Origin: Fidelibacterota bacterium
Lineage (GTDB): Bacteria > Fidelibacterota > UBA2242
DNA: 41,525 nucleotides
Direction of reading: 5' to 3'
Assembly: GCA_049975265.1 (NCBI GenBank)
Contig: JBNGDF010000002.1
Span: 154,543-196,067, forward strand
In this document: positions 9,214 to 18,858 of the stretch, piece by piece
How the letters are laid out: the number at the start of each line of letters is the position of its first letter
Numbering within the stretch: the stretch's first letter is position 1
Notes under the pieces: generated by a model
Databases searched by the model: none
What the model was told of the DNA's origin: nothing
Seen by the model: the letters and a program-made list of their open reading frames with translations, nothing else
Translations under genes and position numbers: made by a program

Positions 9214-10119
9214 ATGGTTGGTAAAACAGTAATATTCGCTCTCACAACTCTTTTCGCCTTCATCGGCTGTCAACGGTCCATCTGCCCCGCCGGTTACTGG
9301 GAAAAGGTTGCCGGCGGTTTGAGCTTCCCCGAAGGTCCCAGCTGGGACGGAAAATCAACTCTTTATGTATCCAACTGTCGCAGCGACTGGATCGCCAAAA
9401 TCCGGGACGGCGTCGCCGATACTTTTCTGGTGCGTTCCGAAAAGACGCCCGCATTCGCCCACACCAACGGGCTACTGTTTCACCACGGGAGCCTCTATGC
9501 CTGCGATTTCGGTAAACCGGCGATTCTCAGGATTACCGCGGATAAAAAGATTACAGTCCTCAGCACCGGCGCCGTTGGGCGTCCGCTCCGGCGACCCAAC
9601 GACGTAACCATGGGTCCCGACGGTTTCCTCTATGTAACCGATCCACATCATTACGATCAGCACAATCCCGACGGGGCTGTCTACAAAATCGATCCCCTCA
9701 ACGGTCAGACCAGCATCGTAATCCCGAATCTGGCATTTCCCAACGGCATCGCTTTTTCCCCGGACAAACAGGCACTCTTCATATGCGAATCCGCCCGTCA
9801 GCGCATTTTAAAATTTACCATAACAAATGCTGAAATCGATCCGAAACCGACAATCTTTTGCGAACTGCCCGGCGGAGACCCCGACGGAATCGCCTTCGAC
9901 CGAAAGGGCAATCTCTACGTAGCTCACTTCGGCGGCGGCGCGGTTTACATTATTCAGCCTGACGGCAAAATTGCCGGCTGCCTGGAAACACCCGGCCAGA
10001 AACCGACCAATCTGGAATTCGGTGGTAAAAATTTAAAAACCTTATATTTAACCGAAGTCGAAACCAATTCAGTGTATCGGCTAAAAGCGAAAATCAGGGG
10101 GTTGCCCCTTTTTCAATAG
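9214..10119 (+). CDS. SMP-30/gluconolactonase/LRE family lipoprotein
   Basis: FPEGPSW, RPNDV, FPNGIAFSPD, PDGIAFD..GNLYVA, PTNLEFGG. Signal ending FIGC. Confidence 0.9.
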   Translation: MVGKTVIFALTTLFAFIGCQRSICPAGYWEKVAGGLSFPEGPSWDGKSTLYVSNCRSDWIAKIRDGVADTFLVRSEKTPAFAHTNGLLFHHGSLYACDFGKPAILRITADKKITVLSTGAVGRPLRRPNDVTMGPDGFLYVTDPHHYDQHNPDGAVYKIDPLNGQTSIVIPNLAFPNGIAFSPDKQALFICESARQRILKFTITNAEIDPKPTIFCELPGGDPDGIAFDRKGNLYVAHFGGGAVYIIQPDGKIAGCLETPGQKPTNLEFGGKNLKTLYLTEVETNSVYRLKAKIRGLPLFQ

Positions 10120-10143
10120 GAAATCCAAAGAAAGGAAGTACTA

Positions 10144-11958
10144 ATGTTCAAGACTCTCCCCGAAATGCTGTTGCACACGATTCAAAAGTACCCGCAAAAT
10201 ACTGCATTGAAAATCAAAAAAGGTGACTCCTATCAGACCTACACCTACCAGGAGATGGGCGCTGAAATCGAGCTTCTGACCAACGGTCTGGCAAAACTCG
10301 GTCTGCGCGAAGGCGATAAAATCACCATTCTGTCAAACAACCGACCGGAGTGGGCGATCAGTGATTTCGCCATTTTCTCCCTGAAAGGAATCACCGTCCC
10401 CATCTATCAGACCCTGCCGCCTAACCAGATTGAATACATTCTCATGGATTCCGAAGCCCGGGCAATTTTTGTCGAAGATCAGGAGCAGTTTGACAAAATT
10501 CAGCAGATTGATACCGCACTGCCGAACCTGGAATTTATTTTCACCTTTGAAATGGTGGAATCCAGCATTCGAAAAATTTACTGTTACGACGAAATGCTCA
10601 GCCTCGGCAAAGATTTCCAGGCTGAAAATCCGGACTTTTTCCGGCAAAGCATCGACTCGATCGATCCCGAAAGTATCTGCAGTATGGTCTATACCTCCGG
10701 AACCACCGGCGATCCGAAAGGTGTCATGCTGCATCACCGCGGATTTGTATACGACATCGTCTACTCTGAAGCCCGCCTGAATCTCCAGCCGACCGATACA
10801 TTTTTGTCATTTCTGCCCCTCAGCCACCTGTACGAACGACTCGCCGGACACTGGTGCCCCATGTATGTTGGCGCTACGATTCATTACGCCCAGGGTGTCA
10901 ATACCGTCATTGACGATCTGAAAGACGCCCGCCCCAATGTCATCGTCAGCGTGCCCAGGGTCTTTGAAAAGATCGCCGCCAAGGTTCAGGAACAGATCGA
11001 GCAGAGCAGCAAATTCAAACAGTCGATCTTTTACTGGGCTCAGAAAATCGGTAAAATCTACCACGCCGACAAGATTGACGAAAAGCTAAGCTGGTGGACG
11101 AAAATCCGCTACCGGATTGCCAACCGTCTGGTCTTCCGCAAGATCAAAGCCATCATGGGCGGCAATATGCGTTATCCCATCGCCGGTGGAGCGCCGCTTT
11201 CCGTGGAAACGCTGAAATTTTTCGAGGCGCTGGACATGCAGATCATCGAGGGGTACGGCATGACCGAGGCGCATTTGATCATTACCCTGACGCCCTTCGG
11301 AAAATCCCACTACGGCTCCTGCGGACAACCTATCGAAGGGATCGAGATAAAAATCGCTGATGACGGCGAAGTGCTGGTCAAGGGACCGACCATTATGGCG
11401 GGCTATTTCAAGCGCCCCGACCTCACTGCTGAAACCATCGATACCGACGGCTGGCTGCACACCGGCGATGTCGGCTACCTCGATGCCGAAAATTATCTCT
11501 ACCTGACTGATCGAAAAAAGAACATCATTGTCACATCCGGCGGAAAAAATGTCGCTGCTGCACCGATTGAAAACATCCTTAAAAAGAGCAAATATATCGA
11601 AGACATCTGCCTGGTGGGAAACTATCGCAAGTTCATCAGTGCGCTGATTGTCCCAAACTTCGAAGATCTGCATCTCTGGGCTGAGGCTCAGGAGCTGAAT
11701 GTCAAAACAGATGAGGACCTGGTCAGATTACCGGAAGTGGTTGATTTTTACCAACAAACAATCGACCAGATGCAGAGTCATTTAGCCCGTTTTGAAAAAA
11801 TCAAGAAGTTCATTCTGCTGCCCCGACCCCTGAGTGTCGAAAAAGGTGAACTGACGCCCAGTTTGAAGATCAAACGTTCGGTCATCGAACAGAAGTACAA
11901 AGACGAAATCAACGCCCTTTACACCGCTGGCGATACCGAAGCAAACCCAATTACGTAA
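10144..11958 (+). CDS. Long-chain fatty acid--CoA ligase (AMP-binding)
   Basis: YTSGTTGDPKG, EGYGMTE, WLHTGDVG, DRKKNIIVTSGGKN, ELTPSLKIKR. Confidence 0.92.
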   Translation: MFKTLPEMLLHTIQKYPQNTALKIKKGDSYQTYTYQEMGAEIELLTNGLAKLGLREGDKITILSNNRPEWAISDFAIFSLKGITVPIYQTLPPNQIEYILMDSEARAIFVEDQEQFDKIQQIDTALPNLEFIFTFEMVESSIRKIYCYDEMLSLGKDFQAENPDFFRQSIDSIDPESICSMVYTSGTTGDPKGVMLHHRGFVYDIVYSEARLNLQPTDTFLSFLPLSHLYERLAGHWCPMYVGATIHYAQGVNTVIDDLKDARPNVIVSVPRVFEKIAAKVQEQIEQSSKFKQSIFYWAQKIGKIYHADKIDEKLSWWTKIRYRIANRLVFRKIKAIMGGNMRYPIAGGAPLSVETLKFFEALDMQIIEGYGMTEAHLIITLTPFGKSHYGSCGQPIEGIEIKIADDGEVLVKGPTIMAGYFKRPDLTAETIDTDGWLHTGDVGYLDAENYLYLTDRKKNIIVTSGGKNVAAAPIENILKKSKYIEDICLVGNYRKFISALIVPNFEDLHLWAEAQELNVKTDEDLVRLPEVVDFYQQTIDQMQSHLARFEKIKKFILLPRPLSVEKGELTPSLKIKRSVIEQKYKDEINALYTAGDTEANPIT

Positions 11959-11974
11959 GAAAACGGAGCAAAGT

Positions 11975-12193
11975 ATGTCCGATTACCAAAAAATTGCCAC
12001 CTTACAAAACGAAATCCAGGCGGGTGCCCTGGAAGCCGAACTGAAATCCCGGAAAATTCCCCATTTGATTCGTTCCTATCATGACGCCGCTTACAATGGT
12101 CTTTATCAGCAATCTAAAGGCTGGGGCATTGTCGAAGCACCAATCGGGTTTGAGGCGAAAATCCTGGAAATTCTGAACGATCTGACGAAGTAA
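11975..12193 (+). CDS. Small DUF2007-like (putative signal transducing) protein
   Basis: GGAG RBS; NEIQA..LEAEL..RKIP.....D.AY.G pattern. Confidence 0.7.
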   Translation: MSDYQKIATLQNEIQAGALEAELKSRKIPHLIRSYHDAAYNGLYQQSKGWGIVEAPIGFEAKILEILNDLTK

Positions 12194-12200
12194 ACCACCC

Positions 12201-13097
12201 ATGTCTCACCGGCACGATCATCAGCAGGAGCAGCACGCCATTGGAATTGCCTTTTTTCTGAATCTGTTCTTTTCAATTCTGGAAATCATCGGCGGGCTGC
12301 TGACCAACAGCATTGCCATTATTTCCGATGCTCTCCACGATTTCGGTGACTCCCTGGCACTGGGGCTCTCCTTTATCCTGCAGAAATACTCCGGCAAAAC
12401 CGGCGATGCAAAATACTCTTACGGTTATCGCCGTTACTCAATTATGGCGGCGGTGATCAACAGCATCATCCTGCTCACCGGTTCCGGCTTTATCCTTCGG
12501 GCAGCGATCCCGCGCCTGTTGAATCCGGTCAAGCCTCACGCTGAGGGCATGATCCTGCTGGCTCTTATAGGGATAGCCTTTAACGGCGCCGCGGTGCTGC
12601 AATTGCGCAAGGGCAAAACCCTGAATATCCGGGTGGTCAGCCTGCATCTGGTTGAGGATATTTTGGGCTGGATTGCGACGCTGATTGTCAGCATCGTACT
12701 GCTGGTTTCCGATTTCTACATTCTCGATCCGATTCTATCCATCGCCATCACAATCTATATTATCTACCACGTGCTGGCTAATTTACTCCGGTCGCTCAGA
12801 GTGTTTCTACAGGTGGTTCCCGACGATGTTGACACCGCCACTCTGGAAACCAGGTTTACAAGCATCGCCAACGTCCGCTCGGTTCACCATACTCATGTCT
12901 GGACTCTCGACGGTGTCAATCATGTCCTGACGACTCACGTCGTTGTCGACCGGGATACCAGCCGTGAGGACGTCATGGCTATTAAATCCCGGCTCAAACA
13001 TATCGCTTACGACATGCACTGTGAACATGTCACCCTGGAAATCGAATACGGCGACGAAGATTGCAGTATGAACCATGATTCCGGCGAGCATGACTAA
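12201..13097 (+). CDS. Cation diffusion facilitator (CzcD/ZitB-like Zn/Co/Cd exporter)
   Basis: His-rich N-terminus, SDALHDFGD, YSYGYRR, LHLVED, HHTHVWTL, HVTLEIE. Confidence 0.92.
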   Translation: MSHRHDHQQEQHAIGIAFFLNLFFSILEIIGGLLTNSIAIISDALHDFGDSLALGLSFILQKYSGKTGDAKYSYGYRRYSIMAAVINSIILLTGSGFILRAAIPRLLNPVKPHAEGMILLALIGIAFNGAAVLQLRKGKTLNIRVVSLHLVEDILGWIATLIVSIVLLVSDFYILDPILSIAITIYIIYHVLANLLRSLRVFLQVVPDDVDTATLETRFTSIANVRSVHHTHVWTLDGVNHVLTTHVVVDRDTSREDVMAIKSRLKHIAYDMHCEHVTLEIEYGDEDCSMNHDSGEHD

Positions 13098-13151
13098 GGA
13101 TTATTGTACCCCTTGCAGCGAGTCAGTGACCGCCTGCCGTTATGGTTGAGC

Positions 13152-14630
13152 TTACAGCGTTTGAACAATTTTACGAAAATGAAAGCCGTAAATCGCCATG
13201 GTGATTGCCATGGGAAATTTACGCGGGCAGCGGAACAGACTGTAAAAGAACAGACGCCAGTAATATAGACGCCCCTTTTCGAATATACCGAGCCGCCAGA
13301 TGGACTTGAACAGGGCACCAATATCGTTGATCGTTACTTTCACGTTGGCACTGGTGGGCAGTTTGTATTCCTTCAGGAAGGTCTTTACCCGCTGATAATA
13401 ATTCGGCTGGGCATAGATAAACCGCAACAGCGAGACATAGCCGTTCATCAGCAGCTTGTAATTCATTTTCGGAACAAAATTGATAGAGGCTTCCACGTTG
13501 TTGCCATTGAAGATATTGACCAGACGACCTTCCCGCTTCAGGCGTTCATGCAGGCGTGTCCCGGTCGGAGCATTCAGCAGCCCCACCATGGCAGTCACCA
13601 CACCGCTCTTCTGAATCAGATTGATCTGGGCGTCAAAAACCTCCTGCGTATCGTGATCAAAACCGATAATAAAACCACCGGAAACCCGCAGCCCCTTTTG
13701 ATGCAATTTTTTAATGGAATTCACAATGTCGCGGTCGATATTCTGATACTTTCCGCATTCCGCCAGACTCGCCTTATTCGGGGTTTCGATTCCGATAAAG
13801 ATATGGCTAAAACCTGCTGCCGCCATCAGATCGATTAATTCATCGTCATCACAGATATTCAGCGACGTTTCCGTGGTGAAGCTAAATGGAAAATCCCGTT
13901 CGGTCGTCCACTCCACCATCACCGGCAAGATTTCCGCTTTCAGCGTTTTACGATTGCCGATGAAATTATCATCCACAATAAACACCGGTCCCCGCCAACC
14001 GATATCGTAGAGGGCATCCAGCTCTGCCAGGAACTGCTCCCGACCCTTGGTGCGCGGTTTCCGACCATTCAAGGTCGTAATGTTGCAAAATTCACAATTA
14101 AATGGACAGCCGCGGGAGTACTGAATGTTCATCGAGACATACTGACGCATATCCAGTAAATCCCAGCGGGGAATCGGTGTCAGCGCGATATCCGGAAAAT
14201 CGGTGGTCTGATAAACCGGCTGGGGGCAGCCGTTTTTCAGGTCCTCTAAAAACAGGGGCAGGGTAATTTCGGCTTCGTTTAAAATAAAATGATCCACTCC
14301 AAGCAGCTGCTCATGCTCCATAGTCACCAGCGGACCACCCGCCACAACCCGGACATTCTGTTCGTTGCAGCGACGCACAATTTTCTGAAATGACGCCAGA
14401 TGAATACTCATTCCGCTTACAAAGACCATATCCGCCCAATCAAGGTCCTGCCGGCGCAACTTGGAAATATTCATATCAATTAATTTCAACTCCCATTCAC
14501 CGGGCAACATTCCGGCGATGGTAAGCAAGCCCAGAGGAATTTCGGAGCTCTTTTTCGAGATAAACTGAACGGCATGCTTGAATCCCCAAAAAGTATCGGG
14601 GGATTGAGGGTATACGAGCAACACTTTCAT
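13152..14630 (-). CDS. B12-binding domain radical SAM protein (DUF4070 C-terminus type)
   Basis: SRGCPFNCEFC CxxxCxxC motif, VDDNFIGN, N-terminal PLGLLTIA..LP cobalamin domain. Confidence 0.9.
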   Translation of the reverse strand: MKVLLVYPQSPDTFWGFKHAVQFISKKSSEIPLGLLTIAGMLPGEWELKLIDMNISKLRRQDLDWADMVFVSGMSIHLASFQKIVRRCNEQNVRVVAGGPLVTMEHEQLLGVDHFILNEAEITLPLFLEDLKNGCPQPVYQTTDFPDIALTPIPRWDLLDMRQYVSMNIQYSRGCPFNCEFCNITTLNGRKPRTKGREQFLAELDALYDIGWRGPVFIVDDNFIGNRKTLKAEILPVMVEWTTERDFPFSFTTETSLNICDDDELIDLMAAAGFSHIFIGIETPNKASLAECGKYQNIDRDIVNSIKKLHQKGLRVSGGFIIGFDHDTQEVFDAQINLIQKSGVVTAMVGLLNAPTGTRLHERLKREGRLVNIFNGNNVEASINFVPKMNYKLLMNGYVSLLRFIYAQPNYYQRVKTFLKEYKLPTSANVKVTINDIGALFKSIWRLGIFEKGRLYYWRLFFYSLFRCPRKFPMAITMAIYGFHFRKIVQTL

Positions 14631-14729
14631 CGTTTTTCCTGACTTTTATAGTTTTTCAAAGTGGTAAAGCTGTTTGATTATTGGATTTCTTTACCTATAA
14701 TTAGTTTATGGAATTGAAAATTGATATAC

Positions 14730-14747
14730 TGTAAAACAAATGTAAAA
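14730..14747. promoter_or_regulatory. Direct repeat TGTAAAA-N4-TGTAAAA, candidate OmpR/PhoB-family binding site
   Basis: 11-bp period tandem repeat in the divergent intergenic region next to an OmpR-family TCS. Confidence 0.5.
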
Positions 14748-14767
14748 AGAGCCACCGCTCTTCCGCC

Positions 14768-15757
14768 ATGCTGAAAAAATACTCCAACGCCAAATACATC
14801 GTCGTCTTTGTGTTTGTCCAAGCCGCCTGGCTGGCTGTGCTCGGTCTCTGGATCGCCCGCTATGTCAGCAATCACATGGTGCTCAAGGAAATCGATCAGC
14901 GCTATGCGATTCACCTTAATACCGGCGGGAATGTGGCGATTCTGGTGATCGGACTGACACTGATCGCCTTTACCACCGCCGGGATGTGGATTCTGTTTCG
15001 GTATCTGAATTTTCATTTCCATCAGACCAAACTTTATGACAATTTCATCGCCAGCATTACCCACGAACTGAAAACCCCGCTGGCGTCGATTCAGCTCTAT
15101 CTGGAAACCCTAAATGCATATCACGATATTTCCCGGGATCAGCTGGATACCTTTCTGACAAAAATCGGGCGCGAAACGAGTCGCCTGGATAAGATGATCA
15201 ACTCTATCCTGGAAGTCGGACGATTCGAGAGTCCCCATCCCACCCATGACTGCCGGCTGCTGGATGTATCAAAGGCGTTAACCGAAATCGTGGAGGAATT
15301 ACGGATTCAGTACGAATTGACAGACGAGCAGGTCCGGATAACCGGCTCTTCCGAATCGCAGGCGGTATTAGACCTCGTCACCATGCGCCTGCTATTTGAA
15401 AACCTGTTCGATAACTCAATAAAATATAGCCGAAAAGAACCGCAGATCGAGATTGAGCTGGCGGATTCCGATAAGTATATTACCATTTTATACCGGGATT
15501 TCGGATACGGTGTTCCGCTTTCTCAATTACGCAGAATCTTTAAAAAATTTTACCGACTCAGGGGAGTATCCCGGTCCAATGTCCGCGGCACCGGTCTGGG
15601 ACTCTATCTGGTGAAAAATATCGTCAACTTCCACGGCGGTCGTATCAAAGCCCGGATCCCGGAAGAAAAACCGGGACTGCAGTTCCATATAGAGCTGCCC
15701 CGCTACCCCCTTTGCCGGAAACGATATCTGAACAAACTGTTAAACCCGAAACCGTAA
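14768..15757 (+). CDS. Sensor histidine kinase (2 TM, very short extracytoplasmic loop)
   Basis: H box THELKTPL, N box NLFDNSIKY, D.G.G, GTGLGL. Confidence 0.93.
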   Translation: MLKKYSNAKYIVVFVFVQAAWLAVLGLWIARYVSNHMVLKEIDQRYAIHLNTGGNVAILVIGLTLIAFTTAGMWILFRYLNFHFHQTKLYDNFIASITHELKTPLASIQLYLETLNAYHDISRDQLDTFLTKIGRETSRLDKMINSILEVGRFESPHPTHDCRLLDVSKALTEIVEELRIQYELTDEQVRITGSSESQAVLDLVTMRLLFENLFDNSIKYSRKEPQIEIELADSDKYITILYRDFGYGVPLSQLRRIFKKFYRLRGVSRSNVRGTGLGLYLVKNIVNFHGGRIKARIPEEKPGLQFHIELPRYPLCRKRYLNKLLNPKP

Positions 15758-15772
15758 CAAACCATAGCCACC

Positions 15773-16486
15773 ATGGCGATACAGCCGGACACCGCCCCGA
15801 AAATTTTACTGGTTGAGGACGAGGAAATTCTCGCCGAGGGTATCATTTTCAATCTCAAAAAAAACGGGTACGACGTCGACCATGTAACCGACGGACAGGC
15901 AGCTCTGGATACAGCCTTTTCGAATAACTATGATCTGGTACTGCTGGATATCATGCTCCCCTATGTTGACGGATTTGAGGTCGCCCGCCGGATTCGGGAA
16001 TCAGCGCCACGGATGCCGATTCTGATGCTCACCGCCCGAACCGCCGTCAAAGATCGGGTAAAGGGACTGGAAATCGGCGCCGACGACTATTTAACAAAAC
16101 CTTTCCACCTGCAGGAACTGCTGGTCCGGATCAAAGCCATGCTCCGGCGCTGGGAATGGTATCGTCAAACCGAACCGGAAGGAGCCAGATTTCGTTTCGG
16201 AGATAACGAAATCAACTTCAGCGACTTCTCCTGCCGTGCCGGCGACCGGCACTTTAAACTGACGCAGAAAGAGGCGCTGCTGATGAAATATCTTGTCGAA
16301 AACAGAGGTCAGATTGTCTCGCGGCAGGAATTGCTGGAAAATGTCTGGGACATCCACGCGGCGATCGAAACCCGGACAGTGGATATTTTCATTGCGCGCC
16401 TGCGCAAATATTTCGAACCCAATCCGAAAAAACCGGTCTACATCAAGAGCGTCCGCAGCGCCGGATACCTGTTTTCATCTCCTTAA
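15773..16486 (+). CDS. OmpR/PhoB family response regulator
   Basis: REC domain plus winged helix (LTQKE..L, SRQELLENVW, TRTVDIFIARLRKYFE, SVRSAGY). Confidence 0.95.
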   Translation: MAIQPDTAPKILLVEDEEILAEGIIFNLKKNGYDVDHVTDGQAALDTAFSNNYDLVLLDIMLPYVDGFEVARRIRESAPRMPILMLTARTAVKDRVKGLEIGADDYLTKPFHLQELLVRIKAMLRRWEWYRQTEPEGARFRFGDNEINFSDFSCRAGDRHFKLTQKEALLMKYLVENRGQIVSRQELLENVWDIHAAIETRTVDIFIARLRKYFEPNPKKPVYIKSVRSAGYLFSSP

Positions 16487-16508
16487 AAAATGAAAGAAAG
16501 ACAGTAAA

Positions 16509-17549
16509 ATGAAATCAATTAATGAAATAGTTGAAAACCTTAGAAATAACCAAATCAATTTCTCAATTGATTCACCCTTGAAAAATTATACTTCATTTAA
16601 AATCGGTGGACCGGCTAAAATTCTCGCTATAGTCAATAACCATAATCAACTGGAAACGGCAATCCGAACTGCGTTTAAAACTAATTTTGACTATATTGTT
16701 CTGGGAAATGGTAGTAATGTTCTTATATCAGATTCTGGATACAACGGCATCATCATCTTGAACCGTTCTCGGCAATGGCAAATTATCGATGAACACTTCG
16801 TTCCAGTCAGGCATCAGGAATTAATTAGCCGTTACATTCCAGAAAAGAAATTCAAGGATAACAAGATATTGGGATACAGCGATAAGGAAGAACCTGCCGT
16901 TTTAATTCAAGTTGATTCGGGAATTGGATTACACAATCTAATCCATGAATTATTTAAATCCAATATTACCGGATTACAGTGGTTCGCCGGCATCCCGGGA
17001 AGTATTGGCGGGGCAGTTTATATGAATGTTCACGGCGGGCATCAATATTTCAGTGATCTGCTGGTAAAAGCAAAGCTTTTTGATGGTCAGTCCTTTAAAA
17101 TTGTTAATAGAGATTATTTTCAATTTGACTATGACAGGAGTATTCTACAAAAAACCAAGGAAATTATCTTTTCAGTAGACCTTTTTCTTAGAAAAGGCAA
17201 CGTCCTTAAAGCTAAGCAATTAGCCGATTACTGGAGGCAACAGAAAAGTATTCAACCACAACGATCTGCGGGATGTGTATTTCGTAACCTGAGTAAAGAT
17301 GAAAGTAAACAGTTCAAATTATCTTCTACTTCTGCTGGATTTATCATCGATAAGATTTTAAAACTTAAGGGAAAAAGAATAGGAGATGCCATAATTTCAC
17401 CTAATCATGCTGCTTTTATTGAAAATTGCGGCAACGCCACAGCAAAAGATGTATATACTCTCGTAAAATTAATACAGGAAAATTCAATAAAGAAAATTGG
17501 ACTGGAACTTAAACCGGAAATCGAATTCATCGGTGATTTTGGTTACTAA
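16509..17549 (+). CDS. murB: UDP-N-acetylenolpyruvoylglucosamine reductase (divergent)
   Basis: YTSFKIGGPA, LGNGSNVLISD, GIPGSIGGAV.MN, SAGCVFRN, HAAFIEN.G.ATA.DV, LKPEI. Confidence 0.85.
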   Translation: MKSINEIVENLRNNQINFSIDSPLKNYTSFKIGGPAKILAIVNNHNQLETAIRTAFKTNFDYIVLGNGSNVLISDSGYNGIIILNRSRQWQIIDEHFVPVRHQELISRYIPEKKFKDNKILGYSDKEEPAVLIQVDSGIGLHNLIHELFKSNITGLQWFAGIPGSIGGAVYMNVHGGHQYFSDLLVKAKLFDGQSFKIVNRDYFQFDYDRSILQKTKEIIFSVDLFLRKGNVLKAKQLADYWRQQKSIQPQRSAGCVFRNLSKDESKQFKLSSTSAGFIIDKILKLKGKRIGDAIISPNHAAFIENCGNATAKDVYTLVKLIQENSIKKIGLELKPEIEFIGDFGY

Positions 17550-17566
17550 AAAATGGAGACATAAAC

Positions 17567-18826
17567 ATGTCAAAATTAAAAATCAATGGAGGCTTACCGC
17601 TAAATGGTGAAATCCATATTAAAGGTAATAAAAACGCAGCTTTACCGATCATTGCCGCCAGCATATTAACCGACGAAGACTGCATTATAGAAAATCTTCC
17701 CGATATACGCGATGTCGGAGTAATGCTAACTATACTGAAAAAACTGGGTAAGCGAATTCATTTTACTTCAAATCATGTTTGTAAAATCAGTGGTTCTGTT
17801 GCTGTTACATGTCTTGACGCTGAAGCGGCTGGTCTCCTGCGTGCTTCTATTCTTTTTTTGGCTCCTTTATTAGCTAAATATGGTGAGGTGACAACCAGTC
17901 CTCCGGGTGGTTGTGTTATCGGGCGACGCAACATAGACAGCCATTTTGAAGTAATTAGAGCTTTTGGTTCAAAAATAAGTACTCTAAACCATCAATATCA
18001 TGCCATATTAAAAAAGGCTAAACCTGCTAAAATATTTCTGAAAGAAGCCTCAGTAACAGCCACAGAAAATGCTCTACTTCTGGCTGCAGCTACACCTGGT
18101 AAAAGTGTCATTGAAAACGCAGCATGTGAACCCCACATCAGTGATTTGATTACCGTATTGAATAAAATGGGATCTTTTATCACCGGTAGTGGTACCAATT
18201 ACCTTGAAATTGACGGTCAGTCAAAACTTCATGGTTTTACTCATTCAATCATACCTGATCATATTGAAGCTGGTACCTATGCAATCGCCGCTGCCTGCAC
18301 AAAAGGTAAACTTGTTATCCATAATGTGGTAAACCATCATCTTAAAATGATTAATTACTATTTACAGCAGATGAACGTATCGTTGGATTTTGTTAGCCAT
18401 GCTTCATTAATCGTTAAACCGTCGAACTTGGTCTCCAATCTAAAAACAATCAAGGCTGGAATTTGGCCTGGTTTTCCGACTGATTTAATGAGTCCGATGA
18501 TTGTTCTAGCTACCCAAACAGAAGGAATGGTTCTTTGTCATGATTGGATGTATGAATCTCGGATGTTTTTTATCGACAAGCTGTGCATTATGGGTGCAAA
18601 TATCATTCAGTGTGATCCGCATAGAGTTGTGGTAAGTGGGCCTACTCAGTTAAAAGGGCAAGTTCTCAGTAGCCCCGATATTCGAGCTGGAATGGCATTG
18701 GTTATTGCCGCACTTGCCGCTCAAGGAACCAGTGTTATTGATAATGCTGAGATTATCGATCGTGGTTATGAAAAAATCGAAAATAAATTAAAACAAATCG
18801 GTGCTGATATTCAGCGAATTACATAA
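17567..18826 (+). CDS. murA: UDP-N-acetylglucosamine 1-carboxyvinyltransferase
   Basis: KNAALP, LRASIL, PGGCVIGRR (catalytic Cys), SVTATEN, PGFPTDL, DIRAG, IDRGYE. Confidence 0.93.
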   Translation: MSKLKINGGLPLNGEIHIKGNKNAALPIIAASILTDEDCIIENLPDIRDVGVMLTILKKLGKRIHFTSNHVCKISGSVAVTCLDAEAAGLLRASILFLAPLLAKYGEVTTSPPGGCVIGRRNIDSHFEVIRAFGSKISTLNHQYHAILKKAKPAKIFLKEASVTATENALLLAAATPGKSVIENAACEPHISDLITVLNKMGSFITGSGTNYLEIDGQSKLHGFTHSIIPDHIEAGTYAIAAACTKGKLVIHNVVNHHLKMINYYLQQMNVSLDFVSHASLIVKPSNLVSNLKTIKAGIWPGFPTDLMSPMIVLATQTEGMVLCHDWMYESRMFFIDKLCIMGANIIQCDPHRVVVSGPTQLKGQVLSSPDIRAGMALVIAALAAQGTSVIDNAEIIDRGYEKIENKLKQIGADIQRIT

Positions 18827-18858
18827 ACTGAAAGATCATTTTCATGCTGATTACTGAG

